A program made the translations under genes and the position numbers. Positions 8,984-18,611 of a stretch of 29,653 nucleotides of DNA are shown here, piece by piece. The notes below the pieces were generated by a model. That model was not told where the DNA came from. It made no database searches and saw only the letters and a program-made list of their open reading frames with translations. Within the stretch, counting starts at the first letter, position 1, and each line of letters opens with the position of its first letter. The DNA comes from Candidatus Altarchaeum sp. Its GTDB lineage: Archaea; Altiarchaeota; Altiarchaeia; Altiarchaeales; Altiarchaeaceae. The stretch is taken from contig JAGWDQ010000109.1 of assembly GCA_018260615.1 (NCBI GenBank), positions 1-29,653 of the forward strand, written 5' to 3'.

Positions 8984-9616
8984 ATGAATCCAAAAATTAG
9001 AGAACTCTTTGAAGACAAAAATATAATTGCAAAAATTCAGAATAAACTGCCGAAATTATTTCAACTTGCAGAGTTGGAAAGTGCAAGAGCGAGAAAAATA
9101 GGAATGGAAGTGGGTCAAGTAAGAGAAAAAATTATTGTTGCATTATTTATTTATAAATTTGGAGAAAGAAATGTTCAGACAGAAATCCCAATCACCAAAG
9201 CAGAAACAGATGTTATAGTTTACAATAATCCTATTTCTATCAAGACAATTACAGGAGGAAATTTCGGAGGGGTAAAGCTGATTTGGACTGTTGACAAAGT
9301 TAAAGCAAAGGAATTTTTAGATAACTATGGCCCGAGTTGTGATGTGGTGTTAGTGCAAATTAATTGGAATAATGGCGGAGGGTTTTATTATGTTCCTCGC
9401 GAAGTTCAGATGGAAATTTTTAAAAAACTCGGAAGAACAAAATACATCAAACTTCCAGTTGAGGGAACAAATCCGAGAGGTGTTGAAATATCAGCCGAAG
9501 GATTAGTAAATTTGATAGAGCATAAAGAAACATTCAAAATCCCCATTAATTGGAGAAAAGAAAATATTGCTTTCAAACCATTCCAAAGGTGGTTAGACCT
9601 TTGGCAAAACGATTAA
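8984..9616 (+). CDS. Type II restriction endonuclease, ThaI-like family
   Basis: LPKLFQLAELES.RARKIGMEVG..RE.IIVALFIYKFG and ETDVIV...ISIKT (PD-(D/E)XK) recall the ThaI family; directly upstream of a DNA MTase. Confidence 0.75.
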   Translation: MNPKIRELFEDKNIIAKIQNKLPKLFQLAELESARARKIGMEVGQVREKIIVALFIYKFGERNVQTEIPITKAETDVIVYNNPISIKTITGGNFGGVKLIWTVDKVKAKEFLDNYGPSCDVVLVQINWNNGGGFYYVPREVQMEIFKKLGRTKYIKLPVEGTNPRGVEISAEGLVNLIEHKETFKIPINWRKENIAFKPFQRWLDLWQND

Positions 9617-9619
9617 AAA

Positions 9620-10510
9620 ATGAAAAAGGGAACAATAACATGTGCTTTCGGAACAAATGGAAGAATCAATCATGATAGCTCCAAATTTTACAACTCAAAA
9701 TTGTATTCAACTCTTGAAAGTAAAGAGGTAATTGATAAAACAGAAAACAACTTGCCTGACGAACTATTAAACACATTTATTCTCGGCTCCGCTGAGAATA
9801 TGAAAGAGTTGCCCGACAATTCTATTCATTTAATGATTACTTCTCCGCCCTACAATGTTTCTAAGGAATACGATAATGACCTTTCATTGAAGGAGTATTT
9901 AAATCTTTTGGAAAATTCTTTCAAAGAAACATATAGAGTACTAATTAACGGAGGGCGCGCATGTATCAATGTTGCTAATCTTGGGCGCAAGCCATATATA
10001 CCTTTATCCGGATATATTTCAAAAATAATGATTGACATTGGTTTTAATATGAGGGGCGAAATTATATGGAACAAAGCATCAAGTGCAAGTCCTTCAACTG
10101 CCTGGGGAAGTTGGCAAAGTGCTGCAAATCCGGTACTCAGAGATGTTCATGAGTATATTTTAGTATTTTCAAAAGGTGATTACAATAGAATTGCTAACGG
10201 AAAACAGAACACAATTACGAAAGAACAGTTTATGGAATGGACAAAATCAATCTGGACAATGAATGCTGAAAGTGCAAGACGCATTGGACATCCGGCACCA
10301 TTTCCCGAAGAACTTCCATACCGCTTGATTCAACTATATTCATTCAAAGACGACATAGTAATTGATCCTTTTATGGGCAGTGGGACGACAGCGGTATCGG
10401 CAGTCAAGTCAGAAAGAAAATTTGTTGGTTATGAAGTAAATCAAGCGTATATTTCACTTGCAAAAAACCGGCTGATGCCATATCTGACACAGACAAAAAT
10501 CGTACTTTAA
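9620..10510 (+). CDS. Beta-class N4-cytosine/N6-adenine DNA methyltransferase
   Basis: TSPPY (motif IV) precedes HPAPFP and DPFMGSGTT (motif I); the SPPY motif favours m4C. Confidence 0.92.
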   Translation: MKKGTITCAFGTNGRINHDSSKFYNSKLYSTLESKEVIDKTENNLPDELLNTFILGSAENMKELPDNSIHLMITSPPYNVSKEYDNDLSLKEYLNLLENSFKETYRVLINGGRACINVANLGRKPYIPLSGYISKIMIDIGFNMRGEIIWNKASSASPSTAWGSWQSAANPVLRDVHEYILVFSKGDYNRIANGKQNTITKEQFMEWTKSIWTMNAESARRIGHPAPFPEELPYRLIQLYSFKDDIVIDPFMGSGTTAVSAVKSERKFVGYEVNQAYISLAKNRLMPYLTQTKIVL

Positions 10511-10511
10511 A

Positions 10512-10675
10512 ATATCAAAACAAACAAAAAAGGAGGGTGGTGCTGTTGAAGGAAGAATTCAGATTGCGATGAAGAAAGGAGGATGGGTGAAATATGATAC
10601 AAAAACAGGGAAGGTTGAGCTGTTTAGGGGTTAGCAGAAATTCCCCGGGTGAAATTGAAAAATAGAGAAGAATAG
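10512..10675 (+). pseudogene. Degenerate first copy of small basic protein
   Basis: Aligns with 10800-10973, but the start is ATA and a 1-nt deletion (tttagggg vs tttagaggg) gives a premature TAG. Reads ISKQTKKEGGAVEGRIQIAMKKGGWVKYDTKTGKVELFRG. Confidence 0.75.
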
Positions 10676-10715
10676 AAAAAAGAATAAACTTTCATAAAAT
10701 AAATTTAATTATTTA

Positions 10716-10787
10716 CAGGACTTACGCAAAAGCAATACAAATTTTTGGTTTTTAAGTTTTTTCACAAGGTAAAATGCGTAAGTCCTA
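10716..10787. mobile_element. 72-bp MITE with 12-bp TIR and 6-bp TSD
   Basis: AGGACTTACGCA (10717-10728) / TGCGTAAGTCCT (10775-10786); TATTTA duplicated at 10710-10715 and 10788-10793; paralogous empty site at 11007-11012. Confidence 0.85.
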
Positions 10788-10799
10788 TATTTATAAAAA

Positions 10800-10973
10800 A
10801 TGTCAAAACAAACAAAAAAAGGCGGAAAAGGTGCAGTTAAAGGAAAAATTCAGGTTGAAATGAGGAAAGGAGGATGGGTATTGGTAAAAGATAATCCAAA
10901 GACGATGAAAGTTGAGCCGTTTAGAGGGTTAGCAGAAATTCCCCAGGTAAAATTGAAAAATACAGAAGAATAG
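10800..10973 (+). CDS. Small basic hypothetical protein, 57 aa (absent from the ORF track)
   Basis: Manual translation MSKQTKKGGKGAVKGKIQVEMRKGGWVLVKDNPKTMKVEPFRGLAEIPQVKLKNTEE; paralogous to both flanking copies. Confidence 0.7.
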   Translation: MSKQTKKGGKGAVKGKIQVEMRKGGWVLVKDNPKTMKVEPFRGLAEIPQVKLKNTEE

Positions 10974-11018
10974 AAAAAAGAATAAACTTTCATAAAATAA
11001 TTTAATTACTCATAAAAA

Positions 11019-11228
11019 ATGTCAGAACAAACAAAAAAAAAGAGCGATGTAAGTATATCTCCTGCTCAAATGTTTAGTTTACAAACAGGAAGGTGGGTTA
11101 AGATAGATACAAAAACAGGAAGGACTATTGCCGTAAAAGAAACACCTGGAAGGTTCAAAAGTATAAGAGAAATCACAGTAGAAGAAGCGGTTAGATTATT
11201 GAGGCAAGAAGGAAGGAATAAGAAATAA
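11019..11228 (+). CDS. Small basic hypothetical protein, 69 aa, putative PIN partner
   Basis: MSEQTKK start shared with the paralogs and a TGRWVKIDTKTGR...RFKSIRE motif; 7 nt upstream of the PIN gene. Confidence 0.75.
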   Translation: MSEQTKKKSDVSISPAQMFSLQTGRWVKIDTKTGRTIAVKETPGRFKSIREITVEEAVRLLRQEGRNKK

Positions 11229-11235
11229 ATTAAAA

Positions 11236-11826
11236 ATGAGTATATCTATTAAGAGTTGTTATCTTGACACAAACATTATACTTGATTATCTGAGAAAGAG
11301 GAACGAAGAAACATTAAATTTTATTAATCTTGCAAAAGAAAAAAGGATAACCGTTGTAACATCACATTTTGCAATTTTTGAAGTGTTAGATTTAGAAGCA
11401 CAAGATAAATTTATATTTAAAGAACTTAAAAATAAAAAAGCATTTGACGAAATTAGAAGAAATTTGAGAAATAGGAATCTCACAAAAAAAGAACTTGAGA
11501 ATATTTATAAAAAAATAAGAAAAAATCTTTTTTACATAGACATCCCTCTAAAACTTCATTATTTAAGCGTTAATGGATGGGATTATTCTTTAAAATTTTT
11601 AATGAAAACAATAAATTTAGAATCTAAAGATGTTTTACATTTGGCAAGTGCTATTGAAGCAAGATGTGATGTGCTTATAACAAAGGACGAGATATTTAAA
11701 CAAAATGCAAAAGAATTAATTCCCGCAATGACTCCGAAAGAATTTCTTAAAAATTTAAAAGAACTTAATATTAATCCAAAAAGTAAAAGCAACATAAAAA
11801 ATCAAAATGCTCCCAAAGGACTATAA
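11236..11826 (+). CDS. PIN-domain (VapC-like) protein
   Basis: YLDTNIILD, TSHFAIFEV and KDVLHLASAIEARCDVLITKD acidic tetrad. Overlaps the valS start by 20 nt. Confidence 0.85.
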   Translation: MSISIKSCYLDTNIILDYLRKRNEETLNFINLAKEKRITVVTSHFAIFEVLDLEAQDKFIFKELKNKKAFDEIRRNLRNRNLTKKELENIYKKIRKNLFYIDIPLKLHYLSVNGWDYSLKFLMKTINLESKDVLHLASAIEARCDVLITKDEIFKQNAKELIPAMTPKEFLKNLKELNINPKSKSNIKNQNAPKGL

Positions 11827-14188
11827 CTTTTTAGAGGTTGAGAAGAAATGGCAGAATGAATGGCTCAGTGGAAAATACCGCGAAATTTTTAAATTTAATG
11901 AAAACGACAACGACAGCGAGGTCTATGTTATTGACACACCTCCGCCATTTACGAGCGGAAAATTACACATGGGACATGTTTTAAATTTTATCTGGATTGA
12001 CATTATAGCAAAATATAAACGGATGAAAAATTTTAATGTCCTGTGTCCGCAGGGATGGGATACTCAGGGACTGCCGACAGAATTAAAGGTTGAACAAAAA
12101 TACAAAATAAGGAAGAACGAAAGGGAGAAATTTAGAAATTTATGCGTTGAATGGACAAAGGAATTTATTGCAAATATGAAATTGCAGATGACTATAATCG
12201 GATACATTCCCGACTGGAGCAGAGAATATAAAACGATGGATCCGGACTACTGGAAAGCAGTCCAATATTCGCTGCTCAAATTTTACGAAAAAGGAATGAT
12301 TTACAAAGCAAAGCATCCCGTTCATTTTTGTCCGTCCTGCGGAACAGCAATTGCAAAGGCAGAAATTGAATACACAACGAGAGATACGAGTTTAAATTTT
12401 ATAAAATTTTATCTGGAGGGTGAAAATTTCATAACTATCGCAACAACAAGACCGGAATTAATTCAGGCGTGTGTTGCTGTTTTTGTCCATCCGAATGACG
12501 AAAGATACAAAAATTTAACCGGAAAATTTGTTAATGTTCCTTTAACAGACAGAAAGGTAAAAATCATAGCGGAAAGCGAAGTTGACATAAAATTTGGAAC
12601 AGGAATCGTTATGATATGTTCTTTCGGAGATGAACACGATGTTAAATGGATTTATAAGTACAATCTGGGAATAATCAGAGGTATTGACGAATATGGAAAA
12701 TTAACAGATGAATGCGGAATTTACAAAGGAATGAAGGTTGAGGAAGCGAGAAAGAAAATTATTGAAGATCTCAATGCAACAAATTTCATCGTAAAGCAGG
12801 AGAAGACAATCCAGAATGTAGGGATTCATGAAAGGTGCAAGAAGCCGGTTGAATTCATATCAACAGACCAGTGGTTCATAAAAGTTGTTGATTTTAAAGA
12901 CAAAATTTTAGAAAAAAGCAAAGATATAAAATGGGTTCCGGATTATATGGAAAAACGATTTGTTGACTGGGCCGGGAATATGGACTGGGACTGGGTTATA
13001 TCAAGACAAAGGGTCTTTGGAACTCCAATTCCGTTCTACTATTGCGAGCAGTGTAATAAAATAATTCCCGCTGAAATTTCCGAACTGCCGATAGATCCTA
13101 CAGTTGCAGAAAAGAAATGTCCGGATTGCGGAAAAATTTTAAGTCCTGCGGGAGATGTTTGTGACTGCTGGGTTGATTCAAGTATAACTCCCTTAATTAT
13201 TTCAAAATGGCTTCAGGATAAGGAATACTTCAATAAAACATATCCTTCATCACTTCGTCCGCAGGGGCATGAAATAATAAGAACCTGGGCATTTTATACT
13301 ATATTCAGATGCCTGATACTTACAGAACAAATTCCTTTTGACAAAATTTTAGTTAACGGAATGGTTTTTGGACCCGATGGAAAAAAGATGTCAAAATCAC
13401 TTGGAAATGTTGTTGAACCAAATGAAATTGTGGTAAAATACGGAGCGGATGCGGTAAGACAGTGGGCGTGCACATTTGTTCCGGGAAGCGATACTACTTT
13501 GATAATGAAGGACATTGATTACGGAAAAAGATTTATAACAAAATTGTGGAATATGGCAAAATTTATTGAAATGAATTTACAGGATTATAAACATAATGAG
13601 AATAAAGAAATTTTAACACAACTAACACCTGTTGACAAATGGATACTTGCAAAACTTGACGAAATGATACAAAATACAGACAACGCACTGGAAAATTTCA
13701 ACTTTACCATAATGAAGGATTTGCAAAATTTCGTATGGCATGATGTCTGCGACAATTATCTTGAACTTGTGAAGTATAGGATGTATGAAAATATTAATAA
13801 AGAGTCGGCTCAATACACTTTGGACATTTTACTTAAAAATTTAATGAAATTGCTCGCTCCGTTCATTCCGCACATAACAGAGGAAATTGAACAAAATTTT
13901 AATAACGAAAGTGTTCATAGTAAAGGGGGGTTTCCGGAGAAAACAGGAATTGATAAAATTTATTTGAATGTTGAAAAGGTTGTTTCTGTTATTGAGGCGA
14001 TAAGGAAATTTAAAGGTGACAACAAGCTCAAATTGAGTGAAGAAATAAGCGAGGTAAAAATTTACAGGAAGCAGGATGCGACTGAGGCGAAATTTATTGA
14101 AGAATGTATCATTGACATAAAAAAGGCGGGAAAAGTAAAGGAAGTTGAAATTTTTGACGGTAATTTTAAGGTTGAGTGTGAAAGATAG
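11807..14188 (+). CDS. valS: Valine--tRNA ligase (archaeal type)
   Basis: IDTPPP, HMGH, GWDTQGLPTE, WVISRQR.FGTPIP and KMSKS motifs. Confidence 0.96.
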   Translation: MLPKDYNFLEVEKKWQNEWLSGKYREIFKFNENDNDSEVYVIDTPPPFTSGKLHMGHVLNFIWIDIIAKYKRMKNFNVLCPQGWDTQGLPTELKVEQKYKIRKNEREKFRNLCVEWTKEFIANMKLQMTIIGYIPDWSREYKTMDPDYWKAVQYSLLKFYEKGMIYKAKHPVHFCPSCGTAIAKAEIEYTTRDTSLNFIKFYLEGENFITIATTRPELIQACVAVFVHPNDERYKNLTGKFVNVPLTDRKVKIIAESEVDIKFGTGIVMICSFGDEHDVKWIYKYNLGIIRGIDEYGKLTDECGIYKGMKVEEARKKIIEDLNATNFIVKQEKTIQNVGIHERCKKPVEFISTDQWFIKVVDFKDKILEKSKDIKWVPDYMEKRFVDWAGNMDWDWVISRQRVFGTPIPFYYCEQCNKIIPAEISELPIDPTVAEKKCPDCGKILSPAGDVCDCWVDSSITPLIISKWLQDKEYFNKTYPSSLRPQGHEIIRTWAFYTIFRCLILTEQIPFDKILVNGMVFGPDGKKMSKSLGNVVEPNEIVVKYGADAVRQWACTFVPGSDTTLIMKDIDYGKRFITKLWNMAKFIEMNLQDYKHNENKEILTQLTPVDKWILAKLDEMIQNTDNALENFNFTIMKDLQNFVWHDVCDNYLELVKYRMYENINKESAQYTLDILLKNLMKLLAPFIPHITEEIEQNFNNESVHSKGGFPEKTGIDKIYLNVEKVVSVIEAIRKFKGDNKLKLSEEISEVKIYRKQDATEAKFIEECIIDIKKAGKVKEVEIFDGNFKVECER

Positions 14189-14233
14189 AAAAATTTCACG
14201 GACAGAGTAGGTGAAAGACACAAACAAATTCTA

Positions 14234-14291
14234 CTCACCATCGTTCGTGGATTTTTCAAAACTTCGTTTTTGAAAAATGAGCGTAAGTGAG
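14234..14291. repeat. Family B REP-like element 3' of valS
   Basis: ctcaccatcgttcgtgg-atttttcaaaacttcgtttttgaaaaa-tgagcgtaagtgag, with motifs in opposite orientation around the central hairpin. Confidence 0.75.
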
Positions 14292-14455
14292 ATGAAATTA
14301 TTTTCAAATTTATTGAAATCTACAAAAGATGGTGGTTCTATTCTTTTAAATTTTTATTTTGTTTTTTAAATTTGTATTCTTTTAAATATATATTTGTTAA
14401 AATATAATTAATTATTAAAATTAATTAATAAAAACTAAAATTTTAAAAAATAAAT

Positions 14456-15520
14456 ATGAAACAAAAAACAAAATTAACAGGGATTATAGGTTTTACATTT
14501 TTAATAGCAGGAATTGTTTTATTAAGTGGTTGTGTTGAAGAGAAACAAAAAGAAAATATTACTCAAACAAACGAACATATTGAATTAAAAATTTTTCATG
14601 CCGGAAGTTTAACCGAACCATTAGCAGAAGTTGAAAAGGACTTTGAAAAACAGCACAAAAATATTGATGTTCAGAGAGAAGCAGCGGGAAGCGTTGCAAC
14701 CATAAAGAAGATTACGGAACTGCACAAAGACGCCGATGTTGTTGCTTCTGCAGATGCTTTCCTAATTCCGCAAATGATGTATCCAAACTATTCTGACTTC
14801 ACAATAAAATTCGCAACAAATGAGATTGTAATTGCTTACACAAATAAAAGCAACCACTGGAATGAGATAAATAAAGATAACTGGTATCAAATTTTAAGAA
14901 AGGACGATGTTAAATTTGGCTTTTCAAATCCGAACGATGATCCTTGCGGCTATCGTTCTGTAATGGCTATGCAGCTTGCAGAATTTAAATACAACGACAG
15001 CAAAATTTTTGACGATTTGATTGAAAGAAACACAAACATAAAAGCAGATTGCCAAAATTTAATCTGCATGATTGTTATTCCAAATTCATCGCAAATAAAT
15101 CCGAATACAAATAAAATAATGGTCAGAAGTCTGGAAATGGAACTGATAAGCGGGCTTCAAAGCAGGGAAATTGACTATTTCTTTATATACCGGAGTGTTG
15201 CCGTCCAGCATAAATTTAGTTTTGTTGAATTGCCTTCGGAAATTAACCTGAAAGATGAGACAAAGAATGAAATTTATAAAAGGGTTAAGGTTAAGTTAGC
15301 AGACGGGAAAATTCAGCAGGGAAACGCTATTATTTATGGAGTTACAATTCCAAAAAATGCACAACACAAAAAGGAAGCAACTGAATTTGTAAAATTGTTA
15401 CTCAGTGAAGACGGCAGAAAAATTTTTGAAAATTTAGGACAACCTCCTGTCAGTCCAGCAGTTGTTGATAATATAAGCAATGTTCCTGAGGGATTGAAAG
15501 AATTTGTTGTTGAAAAATAA
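14456..15520 (+). CDS. wtpA: Tungstate ABC transporter substrate-binding lipoprotein
   Basis: Lipobox LSGC, IFHAGSL, EAAGSV, FSNPNDDPCGYRS and YFFIYRSVA motifs. Confidence 0.93.
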   Translation: MKQKTKLTGIIGFTFLIAGIVLLSGCVEEKQKENITQTNEHIELKIFHAGSLTEPLAEVEKDFEKQHKNIDVQREAAGSVATIKKITELHKDADVVASADAFLIPQMMYPNYSDFTIKFATNEIVIAYTNKSNHWNEINKDNWYQILRKDDVKFGFSNPNDDPCGYRSVMAMQLAEFKYNDSKIFDDLIERNTNIKADCQNLICMIVIPNSSQINPNTNKIMVRSLEMELISGLQSREIDYFFIYRSVAVQHKFSFVELPSEINLKDETKNEIYKRVKVKLADGKIQQGNAIIYGVTIPKNAQHKKEATEFVKLLLSEDGRKIFENLGQPPVSPAVVDNISNVPEGLKEFVVEK

Positions 15521-15614
15521 AATTATAATATCTGTTAGCCAAAATTTTAATGTTGGAAATAAAATTACTTATAACAATAATTAAATTAGTTCATTAAAAT
15601 TTAATAAATCAAAA

Positions 15615-15917
15615 ATGGAAAATATAACAGAGACAAAAATAAAAGACGCGAATGAAGCTGTAGAAATAGTTAAAGATTTTTTTAGGAAGGTTAAAGGGGC
15701 AGGAATAAAATTAGGGAAGCTGGAATTAATTGACTGGCTGGAGTTTGGTGTGATTTCTGTTCAACCATTGTCTAATAGTAAGGAAGCCCAGCCAGGAGGG
15801 TTCAAAATAATATGCGAAGTTAAAGAAGGTCTTTTTTCTGATAAAAAAGAGGGATACGATATTGAGGTAAGTATTAAAGGAGAAGTAATATCAGTTAAAA
15901 GAATAAATGCAGAATGA
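15615..15917 (+). CDS. Hypothetical ~100-aa protein, PepSY-like pattern, paralog 1
   Basis: EAVEIVKDFF...YDIEVSIKGEVISVKRI; roughly 70% identical to the next ORF by eye. Confidence 0.75.
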   Translation: MENITETKIKDANEAVEIVKDFFRKVKGAGIKLGKLELIDWLEFGVISVQPLSNSKEAQPGGFKIICEVKEGLFSDKKEGYDIEVSIKGEVISVKRINAE

Positions 15918-15952
15918 ACGAATGTTAAAAACATATTTTTAATTTGAACAGA

Positions 15953-16264
15953 ATGGAAAGTATAACAGAAGTAAAAGTAAAGGATGCGGCTGAAGCAGTA
16001 GAAATAGTTAAAGAGTTTTTTAGGGTGATTAAAGGGGCGGCAGAAATAAAATTTGGAGCAGGTGCAAGGGAATTAATTGACTGGCTGGATTTTGGTGTGA
16101 TTTCTGCTCAACCCTTGTCTGAAAGTAAAGATGCTCAACCAGTGGGGTTCAAAATAACATGCGACCTTAAAGAAGGTCTTTTTTCTTCGAAAAAAGAGAA
16201 ATATGAGGTTGTTGTAAGTATTAAAGGAGAAGTAATATCTGTTAAAAGAATAAATGAAGAATGA
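15953..16264 (+). CDS. Hypothetical ~103-aa protein, paralog 2
   Basis: ATG at 15953 aligns with the paralog 1 start; stop overlaps the PIN start (ATGA). Confidence 0.75.
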   Translation: MESITEVKVKDAAEAVEIVKEFFRVIKGAAEIKFGAGARELIDWLDFGVISAQPLSESKDAQPVGFKITCDLKEGLFSSKKEKYEVVVSIKGEVISVKRINEE

Positions 16265-16743
16265 GCAAATTTACGAATATAAAAAAAGAGATTGTGATTG
16301 ATACAGGACCCTTGTTGGTTATTTTGGCAGAGCATTATGGTCACAATACCCTGACAAAATTTGGTTATACAGATGATTATGTCATAGTATTGAAGGAATT
16401 TTTAAAAGATGTCTCAAAAATTATCATTACGCCCCAGGTTTTGGCAGAGGTCTCAAATTTAGTGAATACGAAAATCGAAAAAGTATTTTTTTCGGATTTT
16501 ATAAATTTTTCAAAAAGTATATTGCAGGAATTAAAGGAAGAATATATCTCTAAAGACATCGTTTTAGCAAAAAAAGAACTTCCGAAGTTCGGGTTTACTG
16601 ATGCATCTTTGTTGGAAGTTGCAAATGGTAATAAATTACTACTAACTAATGATGCATTGTTGCACTATTATTGTAGAAACAACAACATATCTTTGGCATA
16701 TTTAAGAGAGATTGTTGAGAAATATCGTTCCACCAATTTCTGA
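16261..16743 (+). CDS. PIN-domain protein
   Basis: IVIDTGPLL, ITPQVLAEV, FGFTDASLL and LLTNDALL motifs. Confidence 0.85.
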   Translation: MSKFTNIKKEIVIDTGPLLVILAEHYGHNTLTKFGYTDDYVIVLKEFLKDVSKIIITPQVLAEVSNLVNTKIEKVFFSDFINFSKSILQELKEEYISKDIVLAKKELPKFGFTDASLLEVANGNKLLLTNDALLHYYCRNNNISLAYLREIVEKYRSTNF

Positions 16744-16758
16744 CTCTCAAAAGTTGTT

Positions 16759-17565
16759 TTGATTAATAATCGGGAAAAACTTCCTGTCCGGAAAATGAGA
16801 AACACAAGTTTTGAAAATACATTTATAATTTTAGGAATATTGGTCTTGCTGTTCATTTTAATTCCATTAGTAAATTTAATTTTATCAGCATTACTTAATA
16901 CACAAATTTTCATTGAAAATTTAACCGACGAAGCAGTTCTGAAATCCATACTTTTGAGTTTCTCCTGTGCATTTTTGGCAACTCTGATTGCATTTATATT
17001 TGGAGTTCCTCTTGCTTATCTTTTGGCGAGAAAAAATTTTTACGGAAAGACCATTATTGAGGGCATGATTGATGTTCCTGTTGTTGTTCCGCATACGGTC
17101 GCAGGAATTGCATTATTAACCGTCTTTGGCACTCACGGACTGCTCGGACAATTTTCATTCATAAAATTTGTTGATGCAATTCCCGGAATTATAATAGCAA
17201 TGTTGTTTGTAAGTATTCCGTTTATAATAAATTATTCAAGGGAGGGATTTGAAAGCGTTGATGTCCGACTGGAAAATGCGGCAAGGACATTGGGAGCAAG
17301 TCCGTTTTATGTATTCCTAAAAATTTCATTTCCTATGGCATTCAGAAATATTTTTGTCGGAGCAGTGATGACATGGGCAAGGGCAATAAGTGAGTTTGGA
17401 GCGATTATAATAATTGCTTATTATCCGATGATTGCGACAACTGTAATATATGATAAATTTTTAACCACGGGATTAGATGCCTCACAGGCGGTTGCGGCAA
17501 TATTGCTGCTCTTTTGTTTAATCGTTTTTATACTTTTAAGATTGCTGATTAAAAAGAAAAAATGA
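16759..17565 (+). CDS. wtpB: Tungstate ABC transporter permease (ATG at 16795 is an alternative start)
   Basis: IDVPVVVPHTVAGIALL, EAA loop LENAARTLGAS and WARAISEFGA motifs. Confidence 0.93.
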   Translation: MINNREKLPVRKMRNTSFENTFIILGILVLLFILIPLVNLILSALLNTQIFIENLTDEAVLKSILLSFSCAFLATLIAFIFGVPLAYLLARKNFYGKTIIEGMIDVPVVVPHTVAGIALLTVFGTHGLLGQFSFIKFVDAIPGIIIAMLFVSIPFIINYSREGFESVDVRLENAARTLGASPFYVFLKISFPMAFRNIFVGAVMTWARAISEFGAIIIIAYYPMIATTVIYDKFLTTGLDASQAVAAILLLFCLIVFILLRLLIKKKK

Positions 17566-18611
17566 TAAAAATCCAAAATCTCTCATTAAAACTCGGAAAA
17601 TTTGAATTAAAAAACATAAATTTAGAAATTAATGCCGGAGAATACTTCGTAATTTTGGGAGAAACCGGAGCGGGAAAAACAATACTGCTTGAGTGCATTG
17701 CCGGCTTACACAAATACAGCGGAAAAATTTTTATTGACGATATTGATATTGGCAATGTTCCCATAGAAAAGAGAAATATCGGCTTGGTTTATCAGGATTA
17801 CGCTTTATTTCCAAATTTAAATGCAAGAGAAAATATAAAATTCGGATTAAAAATCAGAAAATTCAGCGAAGAAGTGATTAATGAATATGTCGGCGAAATT
17901 TCAAAAATTTTAAAGATAGAACATTTGCTGGACAGGAATGTTGAAAATCTGAGCGGCGGAGAAAAGCAAAGAATATCCCTGGCAAGGGTCTTGGCAATAA
18001 ATCCGAAAATTTTGCTTTTGGATGAACCGCTTGCTGCATTAGACCCGAATACACAAACTGAAATTAAGACCTTCCTGAAAAAAATTCACAAAGAGAGAAA
18101 TTTAACAACCATTCATATAACTCACAATTTTGAAGAAGCAATAGCACTTGCTGATAAAATTGCAGTAATGCACAAAGGAGAAATTTTGCAAACAGGCAAA
18201 GCAGAAGAAATTTTCAGGAATCCCAGGTCGGAATTTGTCGCAAAATTTACCGGAGCGGAAAATTTATTTGAAGGAATGAGCAGGGTTGAAAACGAGATTG
18301 CAATTATTGATGTTAACGGAATAAATGTTTATTCAACAAATCTGAATGAAGGCAAAGTTCATCTACTCATCCATCCGGAAAACATTCTGCTCTCAAAACA
18401 ATGTCTTTTGTCAAGTGCAAGGAACAATTTTAAGGGAAAAATCTGCGAAATTTCAAAAATTCCAAATAAAGAAGGTCTAATAAAGGTTGTCGCTGATATT
18501 GGAATTCAGCTCGCTGTTTTTATAACAAAGCAGTCGTTTGAGGAATTAAATTTAAACATCAGCGGTGAAATTTATGTTTATTTCAAGGCGAGCGGGGTTT
18601 ATGTGTTTTAA
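17562..18611 (+). CDS. wtpC: Tungstate ABC transporter ATP-binding protein with TOBE domain
   Basis: GETGAGKT, LSGGEKQR, LLLDEP and C-terminal SARNNFKG TOBE domain. Confidence 0.93.
   Translation: MIKIQNLSLKLGKFELKNINLEINAGEYFVILGETGAGKTILLECIAGLHKYSGKIFIDDIDIGNVPIEKRNIGLVYQDYALFPNLNARENIKFGLKIRKFSEEVINEYVGEISKILKIEHLLDRNVENLSGGEKQRISLARVLAINPKILLLDEPLAALDPNTQTEIKTFLKKIHKERNLTTIHITHNFEEAIALADKIAVMHKGEILQTGKAEEIFRNPRSEFVAKFTGAENLFEGMSRVENEIAIIDVNGINVYSTNLNEGKVHLLIHPENILLSKQCLLSSARNNFKGKICEISKIPNKEGLIKVVADIGIQLAVFITKQSFEELNLNISGEIYVYFKASGVYVF

Noticed and set aside
14385-14410. ModE-like TATAT-N-ATATA box upstream of wtpA
   Set aside because: Indistinguishable from background in extremely AT-rich intergenic DNA.
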